The notes under the pieces are model-generated. The model was not told where the DNA came from. It saw only the letters and a program-made list of their open reading frames with translations, and did not search any database. 64,000 nt of DNA from Chitinophagales bacterium (GTDB taxonomy: Bacteria > Bacteroidota > Bacteroidia > Chitinophagales > JADIYW01). Shown in pieces: positions 26,266 through 35,458 of the stretch (the first letter of the stretch is position 1; each line of letters starts with the position of its first letter). The position numbers and the translations under genes are program-made. The DNA lies in the NCBI GenBank assembly GCA_046329865.1, contig JAXLTW010000004.1:91533-155532 (forward strand), in the 5' to 3' direction.

Positions 26266-28623
26266 ATGAAGACTCATATCGAATATAACCGCTTTTATGT
26301 TATTGTATTTTTTATATATTTAATATCATCACAACACCTCTTGCTTGCACAGGTTTACCAAATTAAAGATAAGACAAAATATTATGTTGCGTCTGATAAC
26401 TTTGGAGCCGCTACCCAATACAACCTGATCTTAGATAAGAAAGGCTACGAAACAGTAGCTAAATCATTAGGAGTCTCAAAAGAGGATGCTAAAAAAATAA
26501 TAGAACAATGTAGTGCCAACTATCAACCCAAAATGAAGAGAGGTAATGATTATGGATATATCATGTATAAGATTTGTGAAGTTAAAATACCATTGGAGAG
26601 CGATCACTTTTATGGAGAAGTGATGTACTTAATGTACTTTCCCAATGACATCAACTCGCACCTGCCGCCGGATAAACTTGCCGCTAACGGAAAAGGATTT
26701 TTCCAATTAGAATTTCCCCAGCGTGTATCCACTACTCCTTACAAAAATGAAACGTATAAACCGCAAACAAACAGCAAAAATGATAATTATTCATTTGGTT
26801 TCGTTTTTAAATCTAATACAATAGACTCTATAGTTGTAGAAAAGGTCATCAATACCAGCCAAGCCAAAACGGCAGGGCTTCAGGCCGGGGATATCATCGT
26901 ATCTGTAAATGACGTCAATTTAAGATATTACGACAGGCTAAAAGCCCTGGAATTATTTAAAAATTGTGGATTTACGAATAATAAATTTAAGATAATTCGT
27001 AAGGACAAAGAAGTTATCCTCAATATTGATAAAGTAAATACAAACGTTTTACAAACCGTTTGCATAACTGGCAATTGCGATAATGGCGATTGTTCGTTTG
27101 AAAATATTAATGGGTATACGATTCAAGGCAAATGTATGAATGGAATATTACAGGGCAAAGTAAAATTTATAACAAAAGAAGGTGTAGTCTTTTATGAAGG
27201 CGAAATATATAAATACCCTGGAATAGAAAATAATTATAGATATAAAGGCTATGGTATTGAAAAATATACAAACGGTGATAAATACGAAGGCCAATTTCAA
27301 AATGGTAAAAGAGATGGCAATGGTATATATACTAAAGCTAACGGGGAAATACTTAAAGGATATTGGCGCGAAGGCAAATATTATGATGAAATTGCAAAAG
27401 GATTCGACCTGGAGAAAATTAAGACGTTTAATGCAACAAGGTACTACCTGTACGAACAAGAACTTGGCTTCCTGAAAAATGCCAATCAAGTTACGTTTAG
27501 CGATTCATCCGTAACTGAATTTAAAAAGAACAATGGCTTAACGGACACAGAATTTGACAAATTAATAAAACTTTGTGACTTCCAATACAAACCCCAAAAC
27601 TTGAACACTCCCGAAAAAGTTAAAACACTTGTAAATGATAATCAGGAAAAATATCCTTATACCATCTATTCATTGGGTACACTAAAAGCTGTAGACGGCA
27701 AATATTACATGATCATTAGGATGCCGGAAGACGAAAATAGATGGTTACCGGAAGCCATGCACTTTACAGAAGATAATTCATTATTTTTTATCGCACCGTA
27801 TTCTGAAATTAGATCCATAGACTATGTTAGATACATAGACTACAAGAAGCAAAAAGAAGGTGCTGAATTTTGGAAAAAAGCGGAGGAAAAAAATGATGCA
27901 GCCTTATCCGAATATTTTAATCAACATGAAAAAAATCAATATCTGGGAATTGCTATCTATCAATTCTCGTTTTGGAATTATCAAAAAAATGATTTGGATT
28001 ACAATTATGCATTCGTAAGCGTTTCGGGTGCACCCGGACAAAAACTGTCAAATGCAGACTACAATGCTATGGACAAGCTGGCAGGAGTGGAGGGCAAATC
28101 GAAGATTAAAAGAGAATATAAAGAAGGTATGGACGAATCGAAAGCGGAGGAATATGTATTTAATCTAACACGCACACACCGGTTTAGCATTACACAAAGA
28201 TATAATTATCGTATACCGCCAAACAGCAATACTGCCGGCAAATATCCTGCATCCTCTTATTCAAAAGAAGAAATCGAAGGTATTGACAAGCAACTTAATG
28301 ATGCTTATACTTCCGCCAAGTTGCTCACAAATGAAATGGCAGAAGATAAAACGGTTGAGAAAGCAGAGTTAAGGAAAAAAATTGCGCAAAATATTTTATC
28401 AACAAATGGTGATGTAGTGAATGAACCTGCTAAAGTAGTCATTACAGATGTGTCCACCTCTGATAAATATTATAACGATACTAAAAAATTTATCGGCAAA
28501 ACGGGAAATGTAGAAGGAACACTGCTTCAAGACACGGATGGTACTTACTATGGGATGATAAAATTTGAAGGAGAAAAATCTTCTACGATATTTTATAAAG
28601 TAAAAGTAAAAATTATTAATTAA
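26266..28623 (+). CDS. Large secreted or membrane-anchored protein with PDZ and MORN repeats
   Basis: The N-terminus is hydrophobic. A PDZ-like segment reads TAGLQAGDIIVSVNDVNL. MORN-type repeats are YEGEIYK, YKGYGIEKYTNGDKYEGQFQNGKRDGNGIYTKANGEILKGYW. An N-terminal module is internally duplicated at about aa 390-520. Confidence 0.65.
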   Translation: MKTHIEYNRFYVIVFFIYLISSQHLLLAQVYQIKDKTKYYVASDNFGAATQYNLILDKKGYETVAKSLGVSKEDAKKIIEQCSANYQPKMKRGNDYGYIMYKICEVKIPLESDHFYGEVMYLMYFPNDINSHLPPDKLAANGKGFFQLEFPQRVSTTPYKNETYKPQTNSKNDNYSFGFVFKSNTIDSIVVEKVINTSQAKTAGLQAGDIIVSVNDVNLRYYDRLKALELFKNCGFTNNKFKIIRKDKEVILNIDKVNTNVLQTVCITGNCDNGDCSFENINGYTIQGKCMNGILQGKVKFITKEGVVFYEGEIYKYPGIENNYRYKGYGIEKYTNGDKYEGQFQNGKRDGNGIYTKANGEILKGYWREGKYYDEIAKGFDLEKIKTFNATRYYLYEQELGFLKNANQVTFSDSSVTEFKKNNGLTDTEFDKLIKLCDFQYKPQNLNTPEKVKTLVNDNQEKYPYTIYSLGTLKAVDGKYYMIIRMPEDENRWLPEAMHFTEDNSLFFIAPYSEIRSIDYVRYIDYKKQKEGAEFWKKAEEKNDAALSEYFNQHEKNQYLGIAIYQFSFWNYQKNDLDYNYAFVSVSGAPGQKLSNADYNAMDKLAGVEGKSKIKREYKEGMDESKAEEYVFNLTRTHRFSITQRYNYRIPPNSNTAGKYPASSYSKEEIEGIDKQLNDAYTSAKLLTNEMAEDKTVEKAELRKKIAQNILSTNGDVVNEPAKVVITDVSTSDKYYNDTKKFIGKTGNVEGTLLQDTDGTYYGMIKFEGEKSSTIFYKVKVKIIN

Positions 28624-28732
28624 TGTATACCTTACAAAATTAGTGTAGCACAAAATAAATTTATTAATTTATATGATATGTTGCTATATTTAAAAATTCT
28701 TATCATTGGTAAAGATAGAATTTAACATTTCA

Positions 28733-29005
28733 TTAGGCGTTTTCTTGTAAATATTCTTCAATAGATTTACGGTCATATAATATAATCTTCCTACCTATGT
28801 TAGTAAATCGCACTTTCCCATTATTTCTCAAATGCATCAATGTGGTGTCACTTGAAATGTTTAATTTCTTTTTTGCTTCCTCTGGTGTAATCCAAAGTTC
28901 CTCTTTCCCTTTTAAGTCGTGTGTTTCTTTAATGTACAACACCACCCGGTCTATTAATTTCTCAAAAGCAGGGTTGTCTAAGCAGATTATTTCATTAGTT
29001 ATCAT
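28733..29005 (-). CDS. Excisionase-family / HTH DNA-binding protein
   Basis: The 90-aa product contains LWITPEEAKKKLNISSDTTLMHLRNNGKVRFTNIGRKIILYDRKSIEEYL (HTH_17-like). It sits at the island end opposite the integrase. Confidence 0.7.
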   Translation of the reverse strand: MITNEIICLDNPAFEKLIDRVVLYIKETHDLKGKEELWITPEEAKKKLNISSDTTLMHLRNNGKVRFTNIGRKIILYDRKSIEEYLQENA

Positions 29006-29067
29006 GGTAGAAGAAAGATACGAAATAATTGTAAAATCTAATAAGTGACTCTATGGGCTACCAGTCT

Positions 29068-29087
29068 TTTACTTGCGAAATACTTGC
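29068..29087 (+). promoter_or_regulatory. 20-bp repeat TTTACTTGCGAAATACTTGC, copy 2
   Basis: Identical to 23311-23330. It lies between the excisionase gene start and attR. Confidence 0.5.
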
Positions 29088-29091
29088 AATA

Positions 29092-29126
29092 AAATAAAAA
29101 AGCACTTAGTTTTTAACCTAAGTGCT
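29092..29126 (-). terminator. Island-encoded terminator for the reconstituted tRNA-Val
   Basis: AGCACTTAG-TTTTTAAC-CTAAGTGCT hairpin, with a T-run on the minus strand immediately 3' of the tRNA. Confidence 0.6.
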
Positions 29127-29134
29127 TGATTATG

Positions 29135-29212
29135 TGGTGGGCGCACACGGGTTCGAACCGCGGACCCCCTGCTTGTAAGGCAGATGCTCTGAACCAGCTG
29201 AGCTATGCGCCC
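29135..29212 (-). tRNA. tRNA-Val (anticodon TAC), CCA encoded
   Basis: The reverse complement is GGGCGCATAGCTCAGCTGGTTCAGAGCATCTGCCTTACAAGCAGGGGGTCCGCGGTTCGAACCCGTGTGCGCCCACCA. It has a 7-bp acceptor stem, a GCTC/GAGC D-stem, the anticodon loop CTTACAA and a GTTCGAA T-loop. Confidence 0.92.
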
Positions 29213-29320
29213 GAAATATTGATGTAAAGCGAGTGCAAAGATATAAAATACTTTTTATTAAACAAGCATACTTTGAAAAAATTGTGCAATATTTACATTT
29301 ACGTATAGTTTCTATAAAAC

Positions 29321-30484
29321 ATGAATTTCTATCAGCATAGAAACCGATGGAAAATACTTCTTTTCCTCTTTGCCGTGAGTATCATATTTTTCACCTTATG
29401 GTATACGCACCGTCTTGCCAAGTCGATAGCAAGAGAGGAGATAAAAAAAGCGGAAGAAATTGCAGAGGCCTATAAGGTGCTGAGCAGCAATACATCAGAT
29501 GAAATTGAATTGTCCAAAGCGCTGGATAAGATAAAGTTTAATGACAATATTCCGGTTATCTGGACAAATGCTAGTGATGAAATACTGGCTCATAAGAATT
29601 TCGACTCTACTAAAGTAGCGAAGGACAAAAATTATTTAATCCGGCAATTAAAGACACTCAAAACCATCCGGCAATTTATAGAAATTGATTTGCCCGACAG
29701 CGAACGGCAATATTTATACTACAAAGATTCTGACCTGCTCATCGGTATTCGAAAATATCCGTTTTATGTTTTGGCATTGGTTGCCCTGTTTTTTATCATC
29801 AGTTATGCGGCCTTCACATCTTCCAGAAGGGCCGAACAGAATCAGGTATGGGTAGGGCTTGCCAAAGAAACGGCGCATCAGTTAGGCACGCCATTGTCTT
29901 CCCTTTCAGCCTGGATAGATATTCTGCGGGAAAAACTAAATTCGGAAGAGGATGAGATGATGTTTGAAGAGATGCAGAAGGATATAGACAGACTGGTGTT
30001 GATTGCGGAACGATTTTCTAAAATCGGTTCCGTTCCGGAATTGCAGCGCCATCGTGTTACGGATGTATTGCAGCATGGGGTGGATTATATTTCCAAACGC
30101 GCATCTAAAAAAATAAGTATCTATCTGTTGAAATCCAATGAAAATATCATTGCGATGCTAAACCCGCCGCTCTTTGAATGGGTGCTAGAAAATGTGATGA
30201 AAAATGCGCTGGACGCTATGGAGGAATCTGGTGAAATTCATATTCATGCTTATGAAAAAGACGGATTGGTGAACATTGATATTCAGGATACGGGAAAAGG
30301 AATTGCCAAAAACAGTTTTGAACAGATTTTTGAACCCGGTTTCAGTACCAAAAAAAGAGGCTGGGGACTGGGTTTGACGCTTGCACGAAGAATTATTGAA
30401 GAATATCATCATGGAAAAATTTTTGTGAAGGATTCATCTTCCAAAGGAACCACTTTTCGCATCATCCTGAAAGCAGAGGCTTAG
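29321..30484 (+). CDS. Sensor histidine kinase (orphan, no adjacent response regulator)
   Basis: Two TM segments, the H-box ETAHQLGTPLSSL, and HATPase_c motifs NALDAM, DTGKGI and GWGLGL. Confidence 0.85.
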   Translation: MNFYQHRNRWKILLFLFAVSIIFFTLWYTHRLAKSIAREEIKKAEEIAEAYKVLSSNTSDEIELSKALDKIKFNDNIPVIWTNASDEILAHKNFDSTKVAKDKNYLIRQLKTLKTIRQFIEIDLPDSERQYLYYKDSDLLIGIRKYPFYVLALVALFFIISYAAFTSSRRAEQNQVWVGLAKETAHQLGTPLSSLSAWIDILREKLNSEEDEMMFEEMQKDIDRLVLIAERFSKIGSVPELQRHRVTDVLQHGVDYISKRASKKISIYLLKSNENIIAMLNPPLFEWVLENVMKNALDAMEESGEIHIHAYEKDGLVNIDIQDTGKGIAKNSFEQIFEPGFSTKKRGWGLGLTLARRIIEEYHHGKIFVKDSSSKGTTFRIILKAEA

Positions 30485-30566
30485 TTTAGGATTGAATATC
30501 TGCAATAGTAAATGAAATTTTATTGCTAATTTTAGGCACTGCTAATTTCCAAATTTCTGACTGTTC

Positions 30567-31697
30567 ATGAACGTATATTTTGATAATGCCGCCACTACAC
30601 CGATTGATGAGGAAGTATTGGAGGCTATGATGCCTTATCTGAAAGAACACTTCGGCAATCCGTCAACGCAATATTCCTTTGGCCGCGATACAAGAGCAGC
30701 CGTGGAAGAGGCGCGTAAAACCGTTGCACAGCTCATCAATGCCCAGCCATCTGAAATTATTTTTACCTCCGGTGCCACCGAAGCCAATAATATGGCTATA
30801 AAAGGTGCGGTGATGTATCTGGGGGTAGAACGTATCATTACTTCACCCATTGAGCACCATTGTGTGGAGTATTCGGTAGATTTCTGCAGAGACCATCTTC
30901 AAACAGAGGTGTCGATGGTTAAGATAGATGACCGGGGAAATGTGGATTTGGATGATTTGAACCGTTTACTGGCCGGTTCTTCCAAAAAGACACTGGTCAC
31001 CTTAATGCACGCTAATAATGAAATAGGCACTTTGCTGGAAATTGAAAAGGTCGGTGCGATGTGCAGGCAATACCATGCGCTGTTTCATTCGGATACGGTA
31101 CAGACATTCGCCCATTTACCAATAGATGTTCAGAAAATGCAGGTAGATTTTATAACAGGGGCGGCACATAAATTTCACGGACCGAAAGGCGCCGGTTTTT
31201 TGTTTATGAGAAAACAAAATAAGGTGCAATCCCTCATTCATGGAGGCGGGCAGGAGCGTGGCTTTCGCGCCGGAACCGAGAATGTATATGGAATTGTAGG
31301 ATTGGCGGCTGCTGCAAAAAAAGCGTATGCCCATCTTGAACAGGATGCAGCCTACATTAAAAGTATTAAGGATTATTTTATCGACCAGTTGAAACTGAAC
31401 TTCCGGGATATCGATTTTAATGGTAATATCGATGACAGAAGTTTGTATACGGTGTTGAACGTTTCGTTTCCGCCCAATGATAAATCCGCATTGTTGTTAT
31501 TTACATTGGATATGGAAGGTATCTGTTGCAGTGGCGGCAGTGCCTGTGGCAGCGGCGCATCTGCCGGTTCCCATGTGGTGAGGGCGCTGCATAAAGATGA
31601 GAACAGGGTGTCCATCCGTTTTTCCTTCTCAAAACATAATACGAAAGAAGAAGTGGATTATGTGGTAAGTAAACTGAAACAAATCTATTCTATTTAA
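30567..31697 (+). CDS. Cysteine desulfurase family protein (NifS/IscS-like, class V aminotransferase)
   Basis: YFDNAATTP, SGATEANN, the PLP-lysine context AHKFHGPKG and the active-site loop SGGSACGSG. Confidence 0.85.
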   Translation: MNVYFDNAATTPIDEEVLEAMMPYLKEHFGNPSTQYSFGRDTRAAVEEARKTVAQLINAQPSEIIFTSGATEANNMAIKGAVMYLGVERIITSPIEHHCVEYSVDFCRDHLQTEVSMVKIDDRGNVDLDDLNRLLAGSSKKTLVTLMHANNEIGTLLEIEKVGAMCRQYHALFHSDTVQTFAHLPIDVQKMQVDFITGAAHKFHGPKGAGFLFMRKQNKVQSLIHGGGQERGFRAGTENVYGIVGLAAAAKKAYAHLEQDAAYIKSIKDYFIDQLKLNFRDIDFNGNIDDRSLYTVLNVSFPPNDKSALLLFTLDMEGICCSGGSACGSGASAGSHVVRALHKDENRVSIRFSFSKHNTKEEVDYVVSKLKQIYSI

Positions 31698-31706
31698 TAT
31701 CGAGAA

Positions 31707-32594
31707 TCAGCATTGTGCTGTAACCAGGCTGCTGATGATTAAATCACTTACATCTATTTGATTGGATGCATGAGGAATGGTATTACAGGTGACCACATTG
31801 CCGACACCCGAATTCAACAGATCCTGGTATGCATTTCCAGAGAATAATCCGTGCACTCCTATACAGACAACGGGTTTTAATCCGGCTTCCTTTAAATGAC
31901 CGGCTGTAACAATCATGGTTTTTGCAGTAGAAATGATATCATCAATCAAGACCGGGGTATATTCTTTATATTGGTCAACATTCGGAACAGCAATATGTAC
32001 TTCTGTATCGCTGATTCTTGTTTTGTTTAAGACAATATAAGGGGTATTCATCTTTTCAGCCGTTTTAGCCACCCATTGTTCACTTTCACTGTCGGGGCCA
32101 ACCAACAATGGTCGCTCGATGTTTTTATTTACCCAGGCGGAGATGAGTGAAGTGGCATGTAAAACTTTGCAGGGAATTGAATAGATTTCGGACATTGAGC
32201 TGCGTCGATGCAAATGCGGGTCTATGGTAATCAATTCATCTATAAATGCTGATAGCAGCGAAGCAAAATAAGCGCTTGTCACCGCTTCTCCCGGGTGAAA
32301 CTGCTTATCCTGCCGCATGTAAGCAAGATAGGGCGTCACTAATGTAATTTTCAGCGCACCTTCCTCTTTGAGCAATTTAGATAAAAAGAAAAGAGGTATA
32401 AATTTTCTGTCAGGATGAAAAAGGGAGTCAATTAATATTATTTCCTTGTTGCGTACATCCGTAAGTAAGCGAACATAGGTTTCGCTATCCGGAAATGTGT
32501 GCAGTGTCATTTCTCCGATTGGGATGTGTAACTTTTGCGAAATGGTTTTCGCGATAGTTTCATTACCCGGAAAATAAAATAGGATTCGTTCCAT
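31707..32594 (-). CDS. Ribose-phosphate pyrophosphokinase (PRPP synthetase)-like protein
   Basis: HTFPDSETYVRL, VTPYLAYMRQDK and the PRPP-binding loop VLIDDIISTAKT. The start overlaps the upstream stop (TAATG). Confidence 0.75.
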   Translation of the reverse strand: MERILFYFPGNETIAKTISQKLHIPIGEMTLHTFPDSETYVRLLTDVRNKEIILIDSLFHPDRKFIPLFFLSKLLKEEGALKITLVTPYLAYMRQDKQFHPGEAVTSAYFASLLSAFIDELITIDPHLHRRSSMSEIYSIPCKVLHATSLISAWVNKNIERPLLVGPDSESEQWVAKTAEKMNTPYIVLNKTRISDTEVHIAVPNVDQYKEYTPVLIDDIISTAKTMIVTAGHLKEAGLKPVVCIGVHGLFSGNAYQDLLNSGVGNVVTCNTIPHASNQIDVSDLIISSLVTAQC

Positions 32595-34078
32595 TATTCA
32601 AAAGTAATCAGATGATTGATGGTCTTGACATATTCTTTCACATATTCCAGTTGCCCTTTTCCTTCCGCATATATGGAATACAGGACATCGCCTTTCATGA
32701 CGGACTTTCCGATCGGTGCGTTAAAAAGTATGCCGGCACCCGGAGATTTTGGTGCGCCGGCGAGTTTAGCGATACGGGCCAATTTCCGAATGTCAATTTC
32801 TTTTACAATGCCATCTTGCTCTGCGGTCACATCAAAAGTGTATTCACCTTTTTCCGGAATGGAGAATCTTCCCTGTGCCAGGCAGATGGCTTTCAGTTTT
32901 TGAAAGGCTTTTCCGGAGGTAATGATTTCTTCCGCCAGCTTCTTTCCATCTCCGGCATCACATTTTTTTGCGAGTTCCAGCAATCTTCCGGCCAGGGAAG
33001 TGGCACGGTCTCTCAGGTCTTTCGGAGCACCGGCTTCGTTATTTAAAACACTCAGTACATCCAATGCTTCTAAAGCAGGACCGATGCCTTTTCCAACCGG
33101 TTGAGAGCCATCGGTTATCATGACGGTTATGTTCAGTCCTATCGCTTCTCCCACTGCTTCAAAATAATATTTCATTTTCAAGGCATCTTCATGCGAACGG
33201 ACTTTAGCGGTCTTTCCAAATGGAATATCAATGATAACATGGGTGGAACCGGCAGCTGCTTTTTTGGACAAAACGGATGCTATCATTTGCGGTTCACTGT
33301 CTATATCCAGTGCCTTTTCCACATAAATCAACAGATCATCAGCAGGGCTTAATTTTACCTCACCGCCCCATACCAGACAGGCATTTTCTTTTTTGACCAC
33401 TTCTTTTATTTCTTCAATGGAAAGATTGACATTGGTGATGGTTTCCATCATATCGGAAGTGCCCGCAGGGGAAGTGATGGCTTTAGAAGATGTTTTAGGG
33501 ATAATCAGTCCGGCAGCAGCAGCAATGCTCACTACAATAGGAGTTGTACGGTTGCCGGGTACACCACCCACACAGTGTTTGTCATAAATTTCTGGTTGCT
33601 CCCATTTGATTTGTTGCCCTGCCTGTATCATGGATTTTGTCAGGTAGACCATTTCCTGCAGGTTCATATTGTTGCCGGCGCAGGCAGTAACGAAAGCCGC
33701 CAGTTCTATATTGGAGTATAGTCCATTTACAACGTCTGCAATAATTTCGTTGTAGGCGGCTTCAGTCAGTTCTTTGCCATAAATTTTTGCTCTTACATAA
33801 CTCAATGAGTTGATAGGCTGAAGATGTTTTACGACAATCGTGTCACCTTCCTGCACATTCAGCCTGTTCATCGCTTCTTCAGATAGCCCCGCTTCGCCTT
33901 CCTGGAGCAGGTTGGTATGGACGGTGTTGAGTGTTGCAATGATCTTTGAACCGTTGAAATGTACAAATACCCTGGTCAATACCTTAAACCCCTCAGAGTG
34001 TGTAAGCGGAGAATCTTCCCTGATATATAGGGTGTTTTCGTGGGATGCGTGTATGCCGATATTTCTTAAACGGAACAT
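32594..34078 (-). CDS. Thymidine phosphorylase family protein, long AMP-phosphorylase-like form (494 aa)
   Basis: DKHCVGGVPGNRTTPIVV, TSPAGTSDMMET and an N-terminal extension of roughly 90 aa relative to classical DeoA. Confidence 0.75.
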   Translation of the reverse strand: MFRLRNIGIHASHENTLYIREDSPLTHSEGFKVLTRVFVHFNGSKIIATLNTVHTNLLQEGEAGLSEEAMNRLNVQEGDTIVVKHLQPINSLSYVRAKIYGKELTEAAYNEIIADVVNGLYSNIELAAFVTACAGNNMNLQEMVYLTKSMIQAGQQIKWEQPEIYDKHCVGGVPGNRTTPIVVSIAAAAGLIIPKTSSKAITSPAGTSDMMETITNVNLSIEEIKEVVKKENACLVWGGEVKLSPADDLLIYVEKALDIDSEPQMIASVLSKKAAAGSTHVIIDIPFGKTAKVRSHEDALKMKYYFEAVGEAIGLNITVMITDGSQPVGKGIGPALEALDVLSVLNNEAGAPKDLRDRATSLAGRLLELAKKCDAGDGKKLAEEIITSGKAFQKLKAICLAQGRFSIPEKGEYTFDVTAEQDGIVKEIDIRKLARIAKLAGAPKSPGAGILFNAPIGKSVMKGDVLYSIYAEGKGQLEYVKEYVKTINHLITFE

Positions 34079-34079
34079 T

Positions 34080-34946
34080 TTATTTGATTAATGAATCATG
34101 GTGGTTGTTTGCTGCCAGCTGACAAAGCTGATTACCTTCATCATAAACAGCTTTAAGTCTGGCTTCTTTTACTCCGGCGCTTCGAAGTATATTTTCATCG
34201 CGATAGATTTCCCGGACGAGAATATAATTCTTTTCCATCAGGTTCTGTTTTTCGGTTCTGGTCAGAGAGGTAAGGCAGGTGAGCGGATATGAACCAGTTT
34301 TGTCTATGATGTCTTTCAGGGAATTGTTTTTTGGATAGTTCCAGCTCAGCATGTACATCTTCTTACACATTCCGTAGGCAAGCGCGTCATCGGTGAACTT
34401 TGTATTTGTAGCTATCCAGCCGATAAATTTGCTGGTATCATCTTTGATCAATCCATTATCGAGTACATCCTGAAACCGGGCAAAAATATAGAGCGGAGTT
34501 TTTACATCTACAGAAAATCCGGACTGATTGCGGTATTTGCATTCAACGTAGACAATGGTGTTGTCTTTTTCCGCGACCACATCAATCTCATGTGAAACGC
34601 ATTTCCCTTGTACAATTTTACCCACCTCTGCGCGGTATCCTTGTTTTTTAAAAAGTTCGGCTATAAAACGTTCAAAGGGAAAGCCGGTTGGGCCAAATTC
34701 CATCAGGCCTCTCTTCAGGTAATAGCGTGCAGCCTTGGTTTTGGATTGGCTGCGTAGCAGCTTAAATGCCTCACTATAAATTTTTTTAGTGGTGATACCC
34801 TCGTATAAAGTCGGCAGCAAGGTATCTGTAATGGTCTTAATTTCTTCTTCCGTCGCGTGGGCGCGGGACAATGAGTTTATTAATTTCTCCAATGAAAACG
34901 CTTCACTCTCGCCGGATGCTTTGGTTACGTATATTTTATCTTTCAT
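34080..34946 (-). CDS. ATP-cone domain protein fused to an Mrr-like PD-(D/E)xK nuclease-fold domain
   Basis: The N-terminal ATP-cone is IYVTKASGESEAFSLEKLINSL...KIYSEAFKLL. The nuclease-like core is FERFIAELFKKQGY...HEIDVVAEKDNTIVYVECKY. Confidence 0.65.
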   Translation of the reverse strand: MKDKIYVTKASGESEAFSLEKLINSLSRAHATEEEIKTITDTLLPTLYEGITTKKIYSEAFKLLRSQSKTKAARYYLKRGLMEFGPTGFPFERFIAELFKKQGYRAEVGKIVQGKCVSHEIDVVAEKDNTIVYVECKYRNQSGFSVDVKTPLYIFARFQDVLDNGLIKDDTSKFIGWIATNTKFTDDALAYGMCKKMYMLSWNYPKNNSLKDIIDKTGSYPLTCLTSLTRTEKQNLMEKNYILVREIYRDENILRSAGVKEARLKAVYDEGNQLCQLAANNHHDSLIK

Positions 34947-34954
34947 TCCTGATG

Positions 34955-35458
34955 TTAATCTATTGATTCAAACAATCCCAGTTCCTTATTTTTTCGAACG
35001 TTATTCCAATGAAAATATTTTCCGTTCATGGAGATATAGATTCCTAACGGCAATGTCTGAACAAATGCAAGCGCTGCCCCCAGATTGAATAATCCGTCAG
35101 AACTGCCAAATTTATAAGGTATCATGGCGCCTGTCAGTACAACTGTTTTATCGGTAATCACGGCAGCCAGCAGTTTAGCGGTTTCCACCATTGTATCCGT
35201 TCCGTGTGTAATGACAATCTTATCTTCCTCACAGTGCATACAATTATGAGCGATGATATTACGGTCTTCGTTTGTCATTTCCAGGCTGTCAATCATCATT
35301 AATGTCCGGATATTGACATCCAGTTTGCATCTTCCGAGTTCCAGCATTTCGGGAAGGTGGGTGTCTTCAAAGAACAGCTTTCCGTTGAGTTCATTGTATT
35401 CTTTGTCGAATGTACCGCCGGTGATAAATAATCGTATCTGCATAGGTTTAATCTTCAA
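34955..35458 (-). CDS. Asparaginase N-terminal-domain-only protein (167 aa)
   Basis: TGGTFDK (catalytic Thr motif) and ITHGTDTM. Confidence 0.65.
   Translation of the reverse strand: MKIKPMQIRLFITGGTFDKEYNELNGKLFFEDTHLPEMLELGRCKLDVNIRTLMMIDSLEMTNEDRNIIAHNCMHCEEDKIVITHGTDTMVETAKLLAAVITDKTVVLTGAMIPYKFGSSDGLFNLGAALAFVQTLPLGIYISMNGKYFHWNNVRKNKELGLFESID

Larger units (their letters stand above)
23163..29181. mobile_element. Roughly 6-kb integrative genomic island inserted in tRNA-Val
   Basis: It is bounded by direct 45-bp tRNA-derived repeats. A tyrosine integrase sits at one end and an excisionase-like HTH gene at the other. The DNA is visibly AT-rich; for example, 23641-23700 has 16/60 G+C. 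Confidence 0.85.
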
